IMG/VR virus record: IMGVR_UViG_3300007609_000011
Span: 58,121 to 78,120 of that record
Strand: one strand, 5' to 3'
From: an uncultured virus (IMG/VR IMGVR_UViG_3300007609_000011)
Taxonomy: Duplodnaviria > Heunggongvirae > Uroviricota > Caudoviricetes
DNA length: 20,000 bases
Shown here: positions 9,313-16,937 of the stretch, piece after piece
Layout of the letters: the number at the start of each line of letters is the position of its first letter
Numbering within the stretch: position 1 is the stretch's first letter
Notes under the pieces: model-generated
Database searches by the model: none
Seen by the model: the letters and a program-made list of their open reading frames with translations, nothing else
Told to the model about the DNA's origin: nothing
Made by a program: the position numbers and the translations under genes

Positions 9313-10154
9313 AGCAAGGAATACTTTTATACGCACATAATAGTCGAGAGGTTGACTATGTAAAAATTGCTACATTAGCTGGTAGTCTTGCATCAAAAAA
9401 TCTTCAAAAAAATGTTTCAATTATAACAGACTCCGCCAGTTTAGAATACGCTAAGACGCAAAGTTACTACAATACTTTTGAAAATGTTTTTGAACATGTA
9501 GTTTTGACCGATATCGAATATGATAAAAACTTCAGAAATTTAGCTGATGGCCCTGATTCTAAAAAAGTTCCTTTTATAAATCATAATAGACCAAATGTTT
9601 ATGATTTAACACCTTACGATCAGACTTTATTAATTGATGCTGATTTTTTAATTTTTACAGATCAGTTAAACAAATATTTTGATATCGGTTCCGAATTAAT
9701 TTTATGTGATAGTGTGTACGATATTGGTAATAGACTAAAATACGAAGATAACTACATTTCGCAGACTGGTCCTAAAATGTATTGGGCTACCTGCATACTC
9801 TTTAGTAAAACCGAATACACTAAAACATTTTTTGAATTGTCTAAATACATTCAAGAAAATTATAGCCATTTTGCGAATATTTACAACTATAATCCTAACA
9901 TGTATAGAAATGACGTTTGTATAAGCATTGCTAAACATATATTAGACGATTTTCAAAATAACGATAGCGGCTGTTTTGATAATTTATTTTTAACTATTGA
10001 CAAAGATGTATTATTAAAAAAAGAACAAGACAACTTGGTTTTTATTTTAAGTTACCCTACAGACAATTACGTTGCTTGCACACTTAACGAAGTGGATATA
10101 CACATAATGAACAAACAGAGTATTTTGAGGAATTTTGATAATTTAATACAATGA
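9309..10154 (+). CDS. Putative glycosyltransferase, GT-A fold (GT8-like)
   Basis: 281 aa. N-terminal GILLYA...DYVKIA, then SIITD, a DxD motif in YDLTPYDQTLLIDADFL, YRND, and a C-terminal HIMNK. Confidence 0.7.
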   Translation: MKQGILLYAHNSREVDYVKIATLAGSLASKNLQKNVSIITDSASLEYAKTQSYYNTFENVFEHVVLTDIEYDKNFRNLADGPDSKKVPFINHNRPNVYDLTPYDQTLLIDADFLIFTDQLNKYFDIGSELILCDSVYDIGNRLKYEDNYISQTGPKMYWATCILFSKTEYTKTFFELSKYIQENYSHFANIYNYNPNMYRNDVCISIAKHILDDFQNNDSGCFDNLFLTIDKDVLLKKEQDNLVFILSYPTDNYVACTLNEVDIHIMNKQSILRNFDNLIQ

Positions 10155-10987
10155 ATTTTGGATATTTAATTTTTGTAAAAACATCAGATAATGCTGATTA
10201 TATTAAATTGGCCTATACTCTAGCTATGAGCATAAAACTGACACAGCCGGAAGGGTACAACGCTGTAGCTCTGGCTATTGACGATTTATCTGAATTAAAA
10301 AATGTAAAATCTCCTTGGGTCTTTGACGAAGTATATGAAGTTTCGTTGTTTAGTGGATGGGATAACAGGTCTTTAATGTATGATATTAGCCCTTGGGAGT
10401 ATACAGTTTGCTTAGACGCAGATATGCTGTTTACTCGAGATATCAGCCATATAATAAAATATTATGCTTCTTTATACGATATCGGACTTCCTGGACAGGT
10501 TTACAATTATAAGGGAGTTGTTGCCGATGACTCGTATTTTAGAAAAGCACAAAAACAAAATAATTTTCCGTCAGTATATACACTATTTTCTTTTTTTAAA
10601 AAATGCCAAGATAATGAAAATTTTTTCGATTTGGTAAAAAATATTACAGAAAATCAAGAACCATATAAAAACTTATTTTTAGAAAAATTTAAGCCTCAGG
10701 TATTAGGAACAGACGAAATTTTTGGATTAGCTTCGTACTTGTTGGATTATTCAATAATTTTTAAAGATGATTATATAAAAGTTTTACATATGAAAGGACA
10801 GATACAAGGCTGGCCCGGAAGTGAATCTAGAGTTTCGAACAGGGTGGGATTTTATATTGATGTCGATACCGAGATAAAAATAGGGACATATAAACAAAAT
10901 AGTATTGTGCATTATGTTGAAAAAGATTTAATTACGGACGAAATTGTCAGTCTTTATGAAAATAAAATGTGGGAATTAGATGTTTGA
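10151..10987 (+). CDS. Putative glycosyltransferase, GT-A fold (GT8-like), paralogue of 9309-10154
   Basis: 278 aa. GYLIF...DYIKLAYTLAMSIK, a DxD motif in YDISPWEYTVCLDADML, GTDE, HMK and a C-terminal HYVEK. Confidence 0.72.
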   Translation: MNFGYLIFVKTSDNADYIKLAYTLAMSIKLTQPEGYNAVALAIDDLSELKNVKSPWVFDEVYEVSLFSGWDNRSLMYDISPWEYTVCLDADMLFTRDISHIIKYYASLYDIGLPGQVYNYKGVVADDSYFRKAQKQNNFPSVYTLFSFFKKCQDNENFFDLVKNITENQEPYKNLFLEKFKPQVLGTDEIFGLASYLLDYSIIFKDDYIKVLHMKGQIQGWPGSESRVSNRVGFYIDVDTEIKIGTYKQNSIVHYVEKDLITDEIVSLYENKMWELDV

Positions 10988-11525
10988 AAATTTATCGATC
11001 GATGCATCGAACAAATCGTTTTGTGTAGGGTATGATCCTGCTAATGGAAAAATATTAGGAATATTCCGAGAGAATAGCAGAAATAAAACCGATTTTGTAA
11101 TCAGTATTGATGACGAAATTGCAGATAGATTTAATTGTGGAGAATTTAATCCTTCGAAGTTTGTAGTTGATATTAAATCTAAAAAACTTAGAAGTTTAGA
11201 AAATAAAATTCAGGATTATAACGATGTATTATTGCGTGTTCCGCTCTTAGAATATATTGAAAATCCTGAATGTGTAGTTACATTCGATTCTGCAGAGAAT
11301 ACATTGGAGTTTAATTTAAATACCCAGTTCGAGTATCCGGATCATGTAACCACAGTTTTTTACCTTACTAAGTACAACGATCCTACAATTTTTTATGAAA
11401 TTGTTGAATTGTCCGTAAAACAAATTAGAAGAAATAGCAAAATTAAAATTAAATCTAGTTTTGATAATCAAATTAGTTTTTTTACAAAAAAACTTTTTCA
11501 CAGTTATGGTTTAGAAATAAAATGA
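10980..11525 (+). CDS. Hypothetical protein within the glycosyltransferase operon
   Basis: 181 aa, overlapping both neighbours (8 nt and 4 nt). No catalytic motif recognised. Confidence 0.7.
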   Translation: MFENLSIDASNKSFCVGYDPANGKILGIFRENSRNKTDFVISIDDEIADRFNCGEFNPSKFVVDIKSKKLRSLENKIQDYNDVLLRVPLLEYIENPECVVTFDSAENTLEFNLNTQFEYPDHVTTVFYLTKYNDPTIFYEIVELSVKQIRRNSKIKIKSSFDNQISFFTKKLFHSYGLEIK

Positions 11526-12418
11526 AAGTATTAGAATTGGACATTATCTTTTTAAGTTATGACGAACCGAATGCAGATCTGCACTATGCAGATTTGTGTT
11601 CAAAGGTTCCATGGGCAAAACGTGTTCACGGTGTTAAAGGATCCGATGCCGCACACAAAGCCGCCGCACATCATAGCGAAACAGATTGGTTTATTACTGT
11701 AGATGCAGACAACATAGTAGATAGATCTTTTTTTGATCTTGATATAGATGTCGATAACCCTGCCATCCAAGTATATGGGTGGTGCGGCCGTAATGCAATC
11801 AATGGCCTTCGCTATGGCAACGGAGGTTTAAAAATCTGGAAAAAAGATTTTGTTTTGAATATGAAAACACACGAATCCGCTGAAGAAGATAGAGCCCAAG
11901 TTGATTTTTGCTGGGAAGATGGATATCAAAATTTTCCAAAAACTTATAGCGAAAGCATTGTTAACGGTAGCCCATTTCAAGCCTGGAGAGCAGGATTCCG
12001 CGAAGGCGTTAAAATGACACTACTTGATGGAATTAAAATAGATAAAAATGAAGTGACCAAAAGGATTTGGTGGCACAACATACATAGATTGAAAATATGG
12101 AGCACCGTCGGTAGTCATGTAGAAAATGGAAAATATGCTATTTTAGGAGCTCGACAAGGTACCTATATGACTAACTGTACAGACTGGGATTATGTTCAAG
12201 TTCGTGATTTTGATTATTTGACATCTCTTTATGCAGAAGTTGTAGATCCGTTGCATGACAATATAGATCGAGAAATTGAGTTGTTAGGCGAAAAACTACA
12301 CATGCAAATGGGATTAAATTGGCCGTATTTTTCTGCAAACGAAAGTGAATACGTTGTTGATTTATACGAAGAATCGATAAATCTCGGTCTTACATATTTT
12401 AGTAATCATAATGTATGA
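11522..12418 (+). CDS. Putative glycosyltransferase, GT-A fold (GT2-like nucleotide-diphospho-sugar transferase)
   Basis: 298 aa. Motifs DIIFLSYDEPNA, RVHGVKG..AH, WFITVDADN (DxD), N.INGL.YGNGGLK and PFQAWRAGFREGVK. Confidence 0.65.
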   Translation: MKVLELDIIFLSYDEPNADLHYADLCSKVPWAKRVHGVKGSDAAHKAAAHHSETDWFITVDADNIVDRSFFDLDIDVDNPAIQVYGWCGRNAINGLRYGNGGLKIWKKDFVLNMKTHESAEEDRAQVDFCWEDGYQNFPKTYSESIVNGSPFQAWRAGFREGVKMTLLDGIKIDKNEVTKRIWWHNIHRLKIWSTVGSHVENGKYAILGARQGTYMTNCTDWDYVQVRDFDYLTSLYAEVVDPLHDNIDREIELLGEKLHMQMGLNWPYFSANESEYVVDLYEESINLGLTYFSNHNV

Positions 12419-13448
12419 TATCTTATTTTTAAACAAAGATCCAGATAAATGGAAAGAGTTCAGCAATGAATACCCTAACGCTATATGGGTAACGTCTGTT
12501 AATGATTGGCAACAATTAAAAAAGATTGCTTTTACTAGAATGTTTTGGGTTGTTTGGAAAGATATTGATTTTTTATATAATTACAATCTTTACGAATATG
12601 CTCCAGATTTCGGACAAGACGAGTATGTTCACATCTTCAAAAATGGAAACTTTTTTGACGGAGCATGCTTGTTTGCAAAGTATCATTACCCTACAAATAA
12701 AGAAATTGAACATAGATTTTTCATAAACAAAGTAGAAGTAAATCGAACAATATCAAAACCTAGACCTTATGATATTGTTTTTATTTCATATCAAGAACCT
12801 AATGCGGAAGAAAATTATAAAAAAATAAAAACCAGATTTCCTAATATAAAACGTATACACGGAGTTAAAGGAATCCACCAAGCACATATCGAAGCCGCAG
12901 AAATTTGTGATACTGAAATGTTTTGGGTAGTAGACGGCGATGCAGTTATTGATGATAATTTTAATTTCGATCATCAGGTTGCAAGTTGGGACAAGGATGT
13001 AGTTCACGTTTGGAGAAGTTTAAATCCGATAAACGATTTAGTTTATGGATACGGGGGTGTGAAGTTATTACCAAGAAAACTTACACTGGCAATGGATACG
13101 ACTAAACCTGATATGACTACCAGTATATCAAGTAAATTTAAAGCAGTACCAGAAACATCAAACATAACTGCTTTTAATACCGACCCATTCAATACCTGGA
13201 AGTCGGCCTTTAGAGAATGTGTTAAATTATCAAGCAAAACAATACAAGGACAAGTAAATGAAGAAACAGAGCAGAGGTTACAAGCCTGGACAACACAAGG
13301 TCGAACTCGGCGATTCGGAGATTCCGCGATACGAGGAGCAATCGGCGGTCGTGATTTTGGTTTCCGTAATCGGAATAATCCTGTTGAGCTGGCTCGTATA
13401 AACGACTTTGATTGGCTCGAACAAGAATTTGCAAGGAATTATCAATGA
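12411..13448 (+). CDS. Putative glycosyltransferase, GT-A fold, with a degenerate N-terminal duplicate domain
   Basis: 345 aa. The C-terminal domain has YDIVFISYQEPNA, RIHGVKGIHQAH, MFWVVDGD (DxD), NPINDLVYGYGGVK and PFNTWKSAFRECVK. The N-terminal ~118 aa repeats YDILFL / MFWVVWKD / VHIF. Confidence 0.65.
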   Translation: MYDILFLNKDPDKWKEFSNEYPNAIWVTSVNDWQQLKKIAFTRMFWVVWKDIDFLYNYNLYEYAPDFGQDEYVHIFKNGNFFDGACLFAKYHYPTNKEIEHRFFINKVEVNRTISKPRPYDIVFISYQEPNAEENYKKIKTRFPNIKRIHGVKGIHQAHIEAAEICDTEMFWVVDGDAVIDDNFNFDHQVASWDKDVVHVWRSLNPINDLVYGYGGVKLLPRKLTLAMDTTKPDMTTSISSKFKAVPETSNITAFNTDPFNTWKSAFRECVKLSSKTIQGQVNEETEQRLQAWTTQGRTRRFGDSAIRGAIGGRDFGFRNRNNPVELARINDFDWLEQEFARNYQ

Positions 13449-14785
13449 AATCAATTAGACCATTAATAAAAGAATATTACCGTAAATACAAAAGATATAT
13501 TACTAAAGGAAATCTCTCAATGACCGAAGGAAATACACTTTGCGCTATACCTTGGACACACCTAAATTTTGAACCGAACGGAAAAGTAGTTCCTTGTTGC
13601 TTGACAAGTACACATAATTACTTTGCTGGAGATTTAAATACCGATTCAATTGAAGAACTCTGGAACAGCCAGAATATGAAAAATCTAAGAAAAGAAATGA
13701 TGTCCGGTATTGAACCTAAGATTTGTAAAAAATGTTTTGACGCAGAGAGAGTTACAGGAGAAAGCGGAAGATACTACAATAATAAAGCGTATCCTGAAGT
13801 GTTAAAGCAAATACCCGATATTACACTTGAGGACGGAACATGTACGACTATGGAGTTAAAATATTGGGACTTTAGATTTAGTAATTTATGTAATTTCAAG
13901 TGCCGTAGTTGCGGCCCGAGATACAGTAGTGCTTGGGTTCCCGACGCTAAAAAATTAGGGTATGCAGATCAAGAAAAGGTTTGGTCTATTGATTCTGTTG
14001 ATGATATGAGTAATTTTGATTTTTTAAATGATCAAGTACAGCATGTGAAGGTAATTTATTTTGCTGGTGGCGAACCTTTGTTAATGCCCGAGCATTGGCA
14101 AATATTAGAACTCCTTGTAAAAAATAATAGATTTGATGTTAAATTAAAGTATAATACTAATGCTTCTGTTTTAGAGTATAATAAACAAAATGTTTTAGAT
14201 TATTGGAAACAGTGGCAAGATTGGAAAATTGAGGTCTGGCCCAGTATTGATGAAATTGATGACCGTGCAGAATTAATTAGATCCGGAACAGTTTGGAAGA
14301 CAGTGGAAACAAATCTAATTGAAATGAACAAACTAGATAACGTTACAGTACGTCCAGGATTAACTATCGGTGCTTGGAATGTATTTCGCCTGCCGGAAAT
14401 AATTACGAGACTTGTAGACTTAGGTATTGTTCGAGAAAAACATAAATTTCAAAACTTTTTTATAAATTTAATTTTTGAACCAGATCATTATCATGTAGAT
14501 ATTCTACCTAACGATTACAAGAAAGAGATCTCAAAAAAATTATTAGATTTTATTGAAAGTTTTAATAAAAAACATAACACCAAAATAGATCATATCTTTA
14601 CACACATTCTACACGAACTAGATAAACCTTTTAATGTTCGCCTTGCGAAAAAGTTTCTAGATGTGACTAAACAAATTGACGGGATTAGAAATGAAGATCT
14701 ATTTAAAACAATACCGGAAATGGTAAAGGTAAGAGATGCTATTGAGCATAAAGAAAAGAATTTGATATCTTTAAGAAATATATAA
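13445..14785 (+). CDS. Radical SAM enzyme with an N-terminal Twitch/SPASM-type auxiliary Fe-S domain
   Basis: CxxxCxxC (CNFKCRSC), AGGEPLL, YNTN and SID motifs, plus an N-terminal CAIPW...GKVVPCC...GDL...EELWNS...CKKC. The start is placed at the ATGA overlap (13445) instead of the track's TTG 13412; an alternative ATG at 13520 has AAGGA upstream. Confidence 0.9.
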   Translation: MKSIRPLIKEYYRKYKRYITKGNLSMTEGNTLCAIPWTHLNFEPNGKVVPCCLTSTHNYFAGDLNTDSIEELWNSQNMKNLRKEMMSGIEPKICKKCFDAERVTGESGRYYNNKAYPEVLKQIPDITLEDGTCTTMELKYWDFRFSNLCNFKCRSCGPRYSSAWVPDAKKLGYADQEKVWSIDSVDDMSNFDFLNDQVQHVKVIYFAGGEPLLMPEHWQILELLVKNNRFDVKLKYNTNASVLEYNKQNVLDYWKQWQDWKIEVWPSIDEIDDRAELIRSGTVWKTVETNLIEMNKLDNVTVRPGLTIGAWNVFRLPEIITRLVDLGIVREKHKFQNFFINLIFEPDHYHVDILPNDYKKEISKKLLDFIESFNKKHNTKIDHIFTHILHELDKPFNVRLAKKFLDVTKQIDGIRNEDLFKTIPEMVKVRDAIEHKEKNLISLRNI

Positions 14786-14810
14786 AAAGGAGTAGCAATG
14801 CTACTCCTTT
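14786..14810. terminator. Bidirectional rho-independent terminator between the convergent blocks
   Basis: Perfect inverted repeat AAAGGAGTAGCA-A-TGCTACTCCTTT, with a T-run on both strands (TTTAT on +, TTTTTATA on -). It sits between the stops at 14785 (+) and 14817 (-). Confidence 0.88.
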
Positions 14811-14816
14811 ATGAAG

Positions 14817-15452
14817 TTATGCTTCTTCTTTTTTCTTAGAAGTAGTTTTCTTAGGAGCTGGATCTAAATCTTCAGCTTCTCTCCGCATACGAGCCGCTTC
14901 TTTATAAAGAGCATCTGCTTGACTACGCAGTGATTTAGCAAGGTCTTTATCCGACAATGCGGCATTTTCAGCTTGAGATGATTCAGCCGCCGGTGTTTGC
15001 ACAGGAGATTCTGCAACTGGGTTGTTAGTAGTTTTATTTGCAGTCGAGTCTGGAGTCCCTCCTTGTACAAAATTACATAGATCGTCAACTGTGCAATTTT
15101 TTTGTACCGCAATTTGCTGGTTAAGATTGTCTAAACGGACTGACTGGCTGTTATTAGGAACCATTTCAACTGAATCAGTAGGAACTTTCTGCAAACGATT
15201 CTCTACTCTTAGCGAGTTCAGCATATTTTGTCCGTCGGCAAAATAGTTTCTAAATAACACTTCCCCAAATTCGTATGCATCTTGTCCAGGAACACTTTCA
15301 ATTAATTCCATAATAGAATCGTGTTTATGATCAGGCAGATTGTTTACCGGTAATACCAGTGCTTGATCCGATTCTCCCGGTAGTGTTCTAAAAACTACAA
15401 CAACCCTGGCACCTGTGTTAATAATTCTTCCAACATGCTTTAAATTTGCCAT
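14817..15452 (-). CDS. Hypothetical phage protein
   Basis: 211 aa with a globular N-terminus (KHVGR...VVVVFRTLPGE), a low-complexity linker and a C-terminal coiled coil (LAKSLRSQADALYKEAARMRREAEDLDP). SD AAGGA upstream. Confidence 0.8.
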   Translation of the reverse strand: MANLKHVGRIINTGARVVVVFRTLPGESDQALVLPVNNLPDHKHDSIMELIESVPGQDAYEFGEVLFRNYFADGQNMLNSLRVENRLQKVPTDSVEMVPNNSQSVRLDNLNQQIAVQKNCTVDDLCNFVQGGTPDSTANKTTNNPVAESPVQTPAAESSQAENAALSDKDLAKSLRSQADALYKEAARMRREAEDLDPAPKKTTSKKKEEA

Positions 15453-15453
15453 A

Positions 15454-15696
15454 TTATTGTTCCTTTGATGTTACTGTTTCAATGAATGTGTTGAGTCTAT
15501 TATAAGTTTTACCCACAGCTTCGAGTTCATTTGCTTTAAATGCACCTCGTTGCGAAGCAATATCGATAATACTTTTAATTGATACTAAATCGTTGATATT
15601 AAGCTCTGTACCGGCTTGCCCTTGTTCAGCATTCGTAGCTGGTTGGGGTTGTGCTGGCGCAGTTTCTTCAACATTGTCTTTTACTTCTTCAGTCAT
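15454..15696 (-). CDS. Hypothetical phage protein
   Basis: 80 aa with a disordered N-terminus and a helical LNINDL...IIDIASQRGAFKANEL..VG..YNRL core. Strong SD AAGGAG; ATGA overlap with the upstream gene. Confidence 0.8.
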   Translation of the reverse strand: MTEEVKDNVEETAPAQPQPATNAEQGQAGTELNINDLVSIKSIIDIASQRGAFKANELEAVGKTYNRLNTFIETVTSKEQ

Positions 15697-15959
15697 AACT
15701 TCTCCTTAATGTACGGACATGCTAACATAAAATATGTCAATTCTTTCTTAGTTTCAAATCCTACTACAAGTACCGGTTTATTTTTTCCTATTGAACTAGG
15801 CAACATACCGATGAAAAATCTATCCTGTAATTTTTTTGAAATCCAATTTTCTATTTCATATAATGTATACTCAGCCAAGTCTTTAAACTCGTATTTTGTA
15901 AAATGGCTAGGTATAAAATTTACCTGTCTCTTTTTTAATGCGTCTAATGGTTTAAGCAT
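15693..15959 (-). CDS. Hypothetical phage protein
   Basis: 88 aa with VGFETKKELTYFMLACP. Coupled to the downstream gene and preceded by ATAAATA. Confidence 0.75.
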   Translation of the reverse strand: MLKPLDALKKRQVNFIPSHFTKYEFKDLAEYTLYEIENWISKKLQDRFFIGMLPSSIGKNKPVLVVGFETKKELTYFMLACPYIKEKL

Positions 15960-15966
15960 TGTTTCT

Positions 15967-15973
15967 TATTTAT
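15967..15973 (-). promoter_or_regulatory. Putative late promoter (ATAAATA)
   Basis: On the - strand the sequence reads CATAAATAAGAAACAATG in the 32 nt gap before ATG 15959. Confidence 0.45.
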
Positions 15974-15991
15974 GATTAAAATAGTAGCACT

Positions 15992-16378
15992 TTATTTTTT
16001 TTGGTTTTCGATTCTGTTATTCATTGCTTTCGCATATCCATATTTTTTAATATCGCCTGAAAACAAATATAATTCAAAGGCAACAGATTCTTTAAAAACA
16101 TATATTTTATGCTTATCTATATAATACGGAGAATCGATGTAGTTGTCAAGCCATAAAAGTACTTGAGGTGATATTTTGATTTCTTTTGGTAGATCTACAG
16201 GATATGATTTAATCTCGTTGTCATTTAGATGTTCAAATCCTTCTTCTGTCAATCGAAGTCCCCCTACTTGTTTGTCTCGTATATTGAACCACCACCTAGA
16301 TTTGTATAAATGCAGATCTTTAAGGTTGTCGTCGATAAGGTTTAAAAAATTTTTAGTATATAACTCTTTTTTACTCAT
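15992..16378 (-). CDS. Hypothetical phage protein
   Basis: 128 aa with WWFNIR...GGLRLTEEG and LD.YIDSPYY. 8 nt overlap with the upstream gene. Confidence 0.75.
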   Translation of the reverse strand: MSKKELYTKNFLNLIDDNLKDLHLYKSRWWFNIRDKQVGGLRLTEEGFEHLNDNEIKSYPVDLPKEIKISPQVLLWLDNYIDSPYYIDKHKIYVFKESVAFELYLFSGDIKKYGYAKAMNNRIENQKK

Positions 16379-16661
16379 CTTCTACAAGAGTGCCGTTATT
16401 CAGTTGATAAACAGCAAAATCTGAGGTATTAAACAACTTGTTTAATTTTTTTGCTAAGTTGTGTGCATGCCCGGGATTTGAGAAGCTAACCTTCTTATAT
16501 TTAGGACCTGGATAACTAGACAGCATATTTCCGCTTTTTAGATTAAAAGGGTTTCCTTTATAGAATACAGCCCAAATGGCTTCTGCTTCTAGTATCTGTT
16601 CTACTTTATAAGTTTCTTTCTGAACGTGTTCTAAAAGAATAGTAGGTTTTGGTCTACTCAT
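16371..16661 (-). CDS. Hypothetical phage protein (basic)
   Basis: 96 aa with MSRPKPTILLE...PGPKYKKVSFSNPGHAHNLAKKLN. Downstream of the ATAAATACATA motif. Confidence 0.8.
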   Translation of the reverse strand: MSRPKPTILLEHVQKETYKVEQILEAEAIWAVFYKGNPFNLKSGNMLSSYPGPKYKKVSFSNPGHAHNLAKKLNKLFNTSDFAVYQLNNGTLVEDE

Positions 16662-16679
16662 ACATACATATCCATAATA

Positions 16680-16691
16680 TATGTATTTATT
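16680..16691 (-). promoter_or_regulatory. Putative late promoter (AATAAATACATA)
   Basis: Intergenic 12-mer identical to 6166-6177 (+), ~20 nt upstream of ATG 16661. Confidence 0.6.
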
Positions 16692-16694
16692 CTT

Positions 16695-16937
16695 TTAGAA
16701 ATCGCCACCGTCGAATTTTACATCTACTACTTGTGAATCCTGAACCAGCTTTTCTAATTTTTGATGTATTTCTAACACTGTTTTGTTTAATCTTCCAGAA
16801 ACAAGTGCTAATTCGTCTACTACTTCTTTAGCTTCTTTCATGGTTAATCTAATTTCTTTTGCATTAGATTTCTCTGCTGATCTAATTCTCATTAATAGTT
16901 TTTCGATATTTGGTAAATTATTTGGTATTTCTTGCAT
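16695..16937 (-). CDS. Hypothetical coiled-coil protein
   Basis: 80 aa, mostly helical, ending in VKFDGGDF. Overlaps the upstream gene by 20 nt. Confidence 0.7.
   Translation of the reverse strand: MQEIPNNLPNIEKLLMRIRSAEKSNAKEIRLTMKEAKEVVDELALVSGRLNKTVLEIHQKLEKLVQDSQVVDVKFDGGDF

Noticed and set aside
597..13434. Many 60-167 aa ORFs on the - strand (plus the off-frame + ORF 12526-12726) inside the long + strand genes
   Set aside because: They are nested in or antisense to well-supported genes, have no recognisable motifs, and are expected shadows of codon bias.
13412..13444. ORF-track start of the radical SAM at TTG 13412
   Set aside because: It would overlap the upstream gene by 37 nt. The ATGA-coupled ATG 13445 or the SD-preceded ATG 13520 fits better.
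9309..14785. Bacterial LPS/capsule locus or eukaryotic giant-virus origin
   Set aside because: There are no flippase, polymerase or sugar-nucleotide genes. The flanks are phage tail genes and a T4-like rnh, and the SD sites, overlapping genes and rho-independent terminator indicate a bacteriophage.
15995..16002. A/T homopolymer runs (for example T8 here) as phase-variation or frameshift sites
   Set aside because: Such runs are expected in AT-rich Lys/Phe codons, and there are no broken reading frames nearby.
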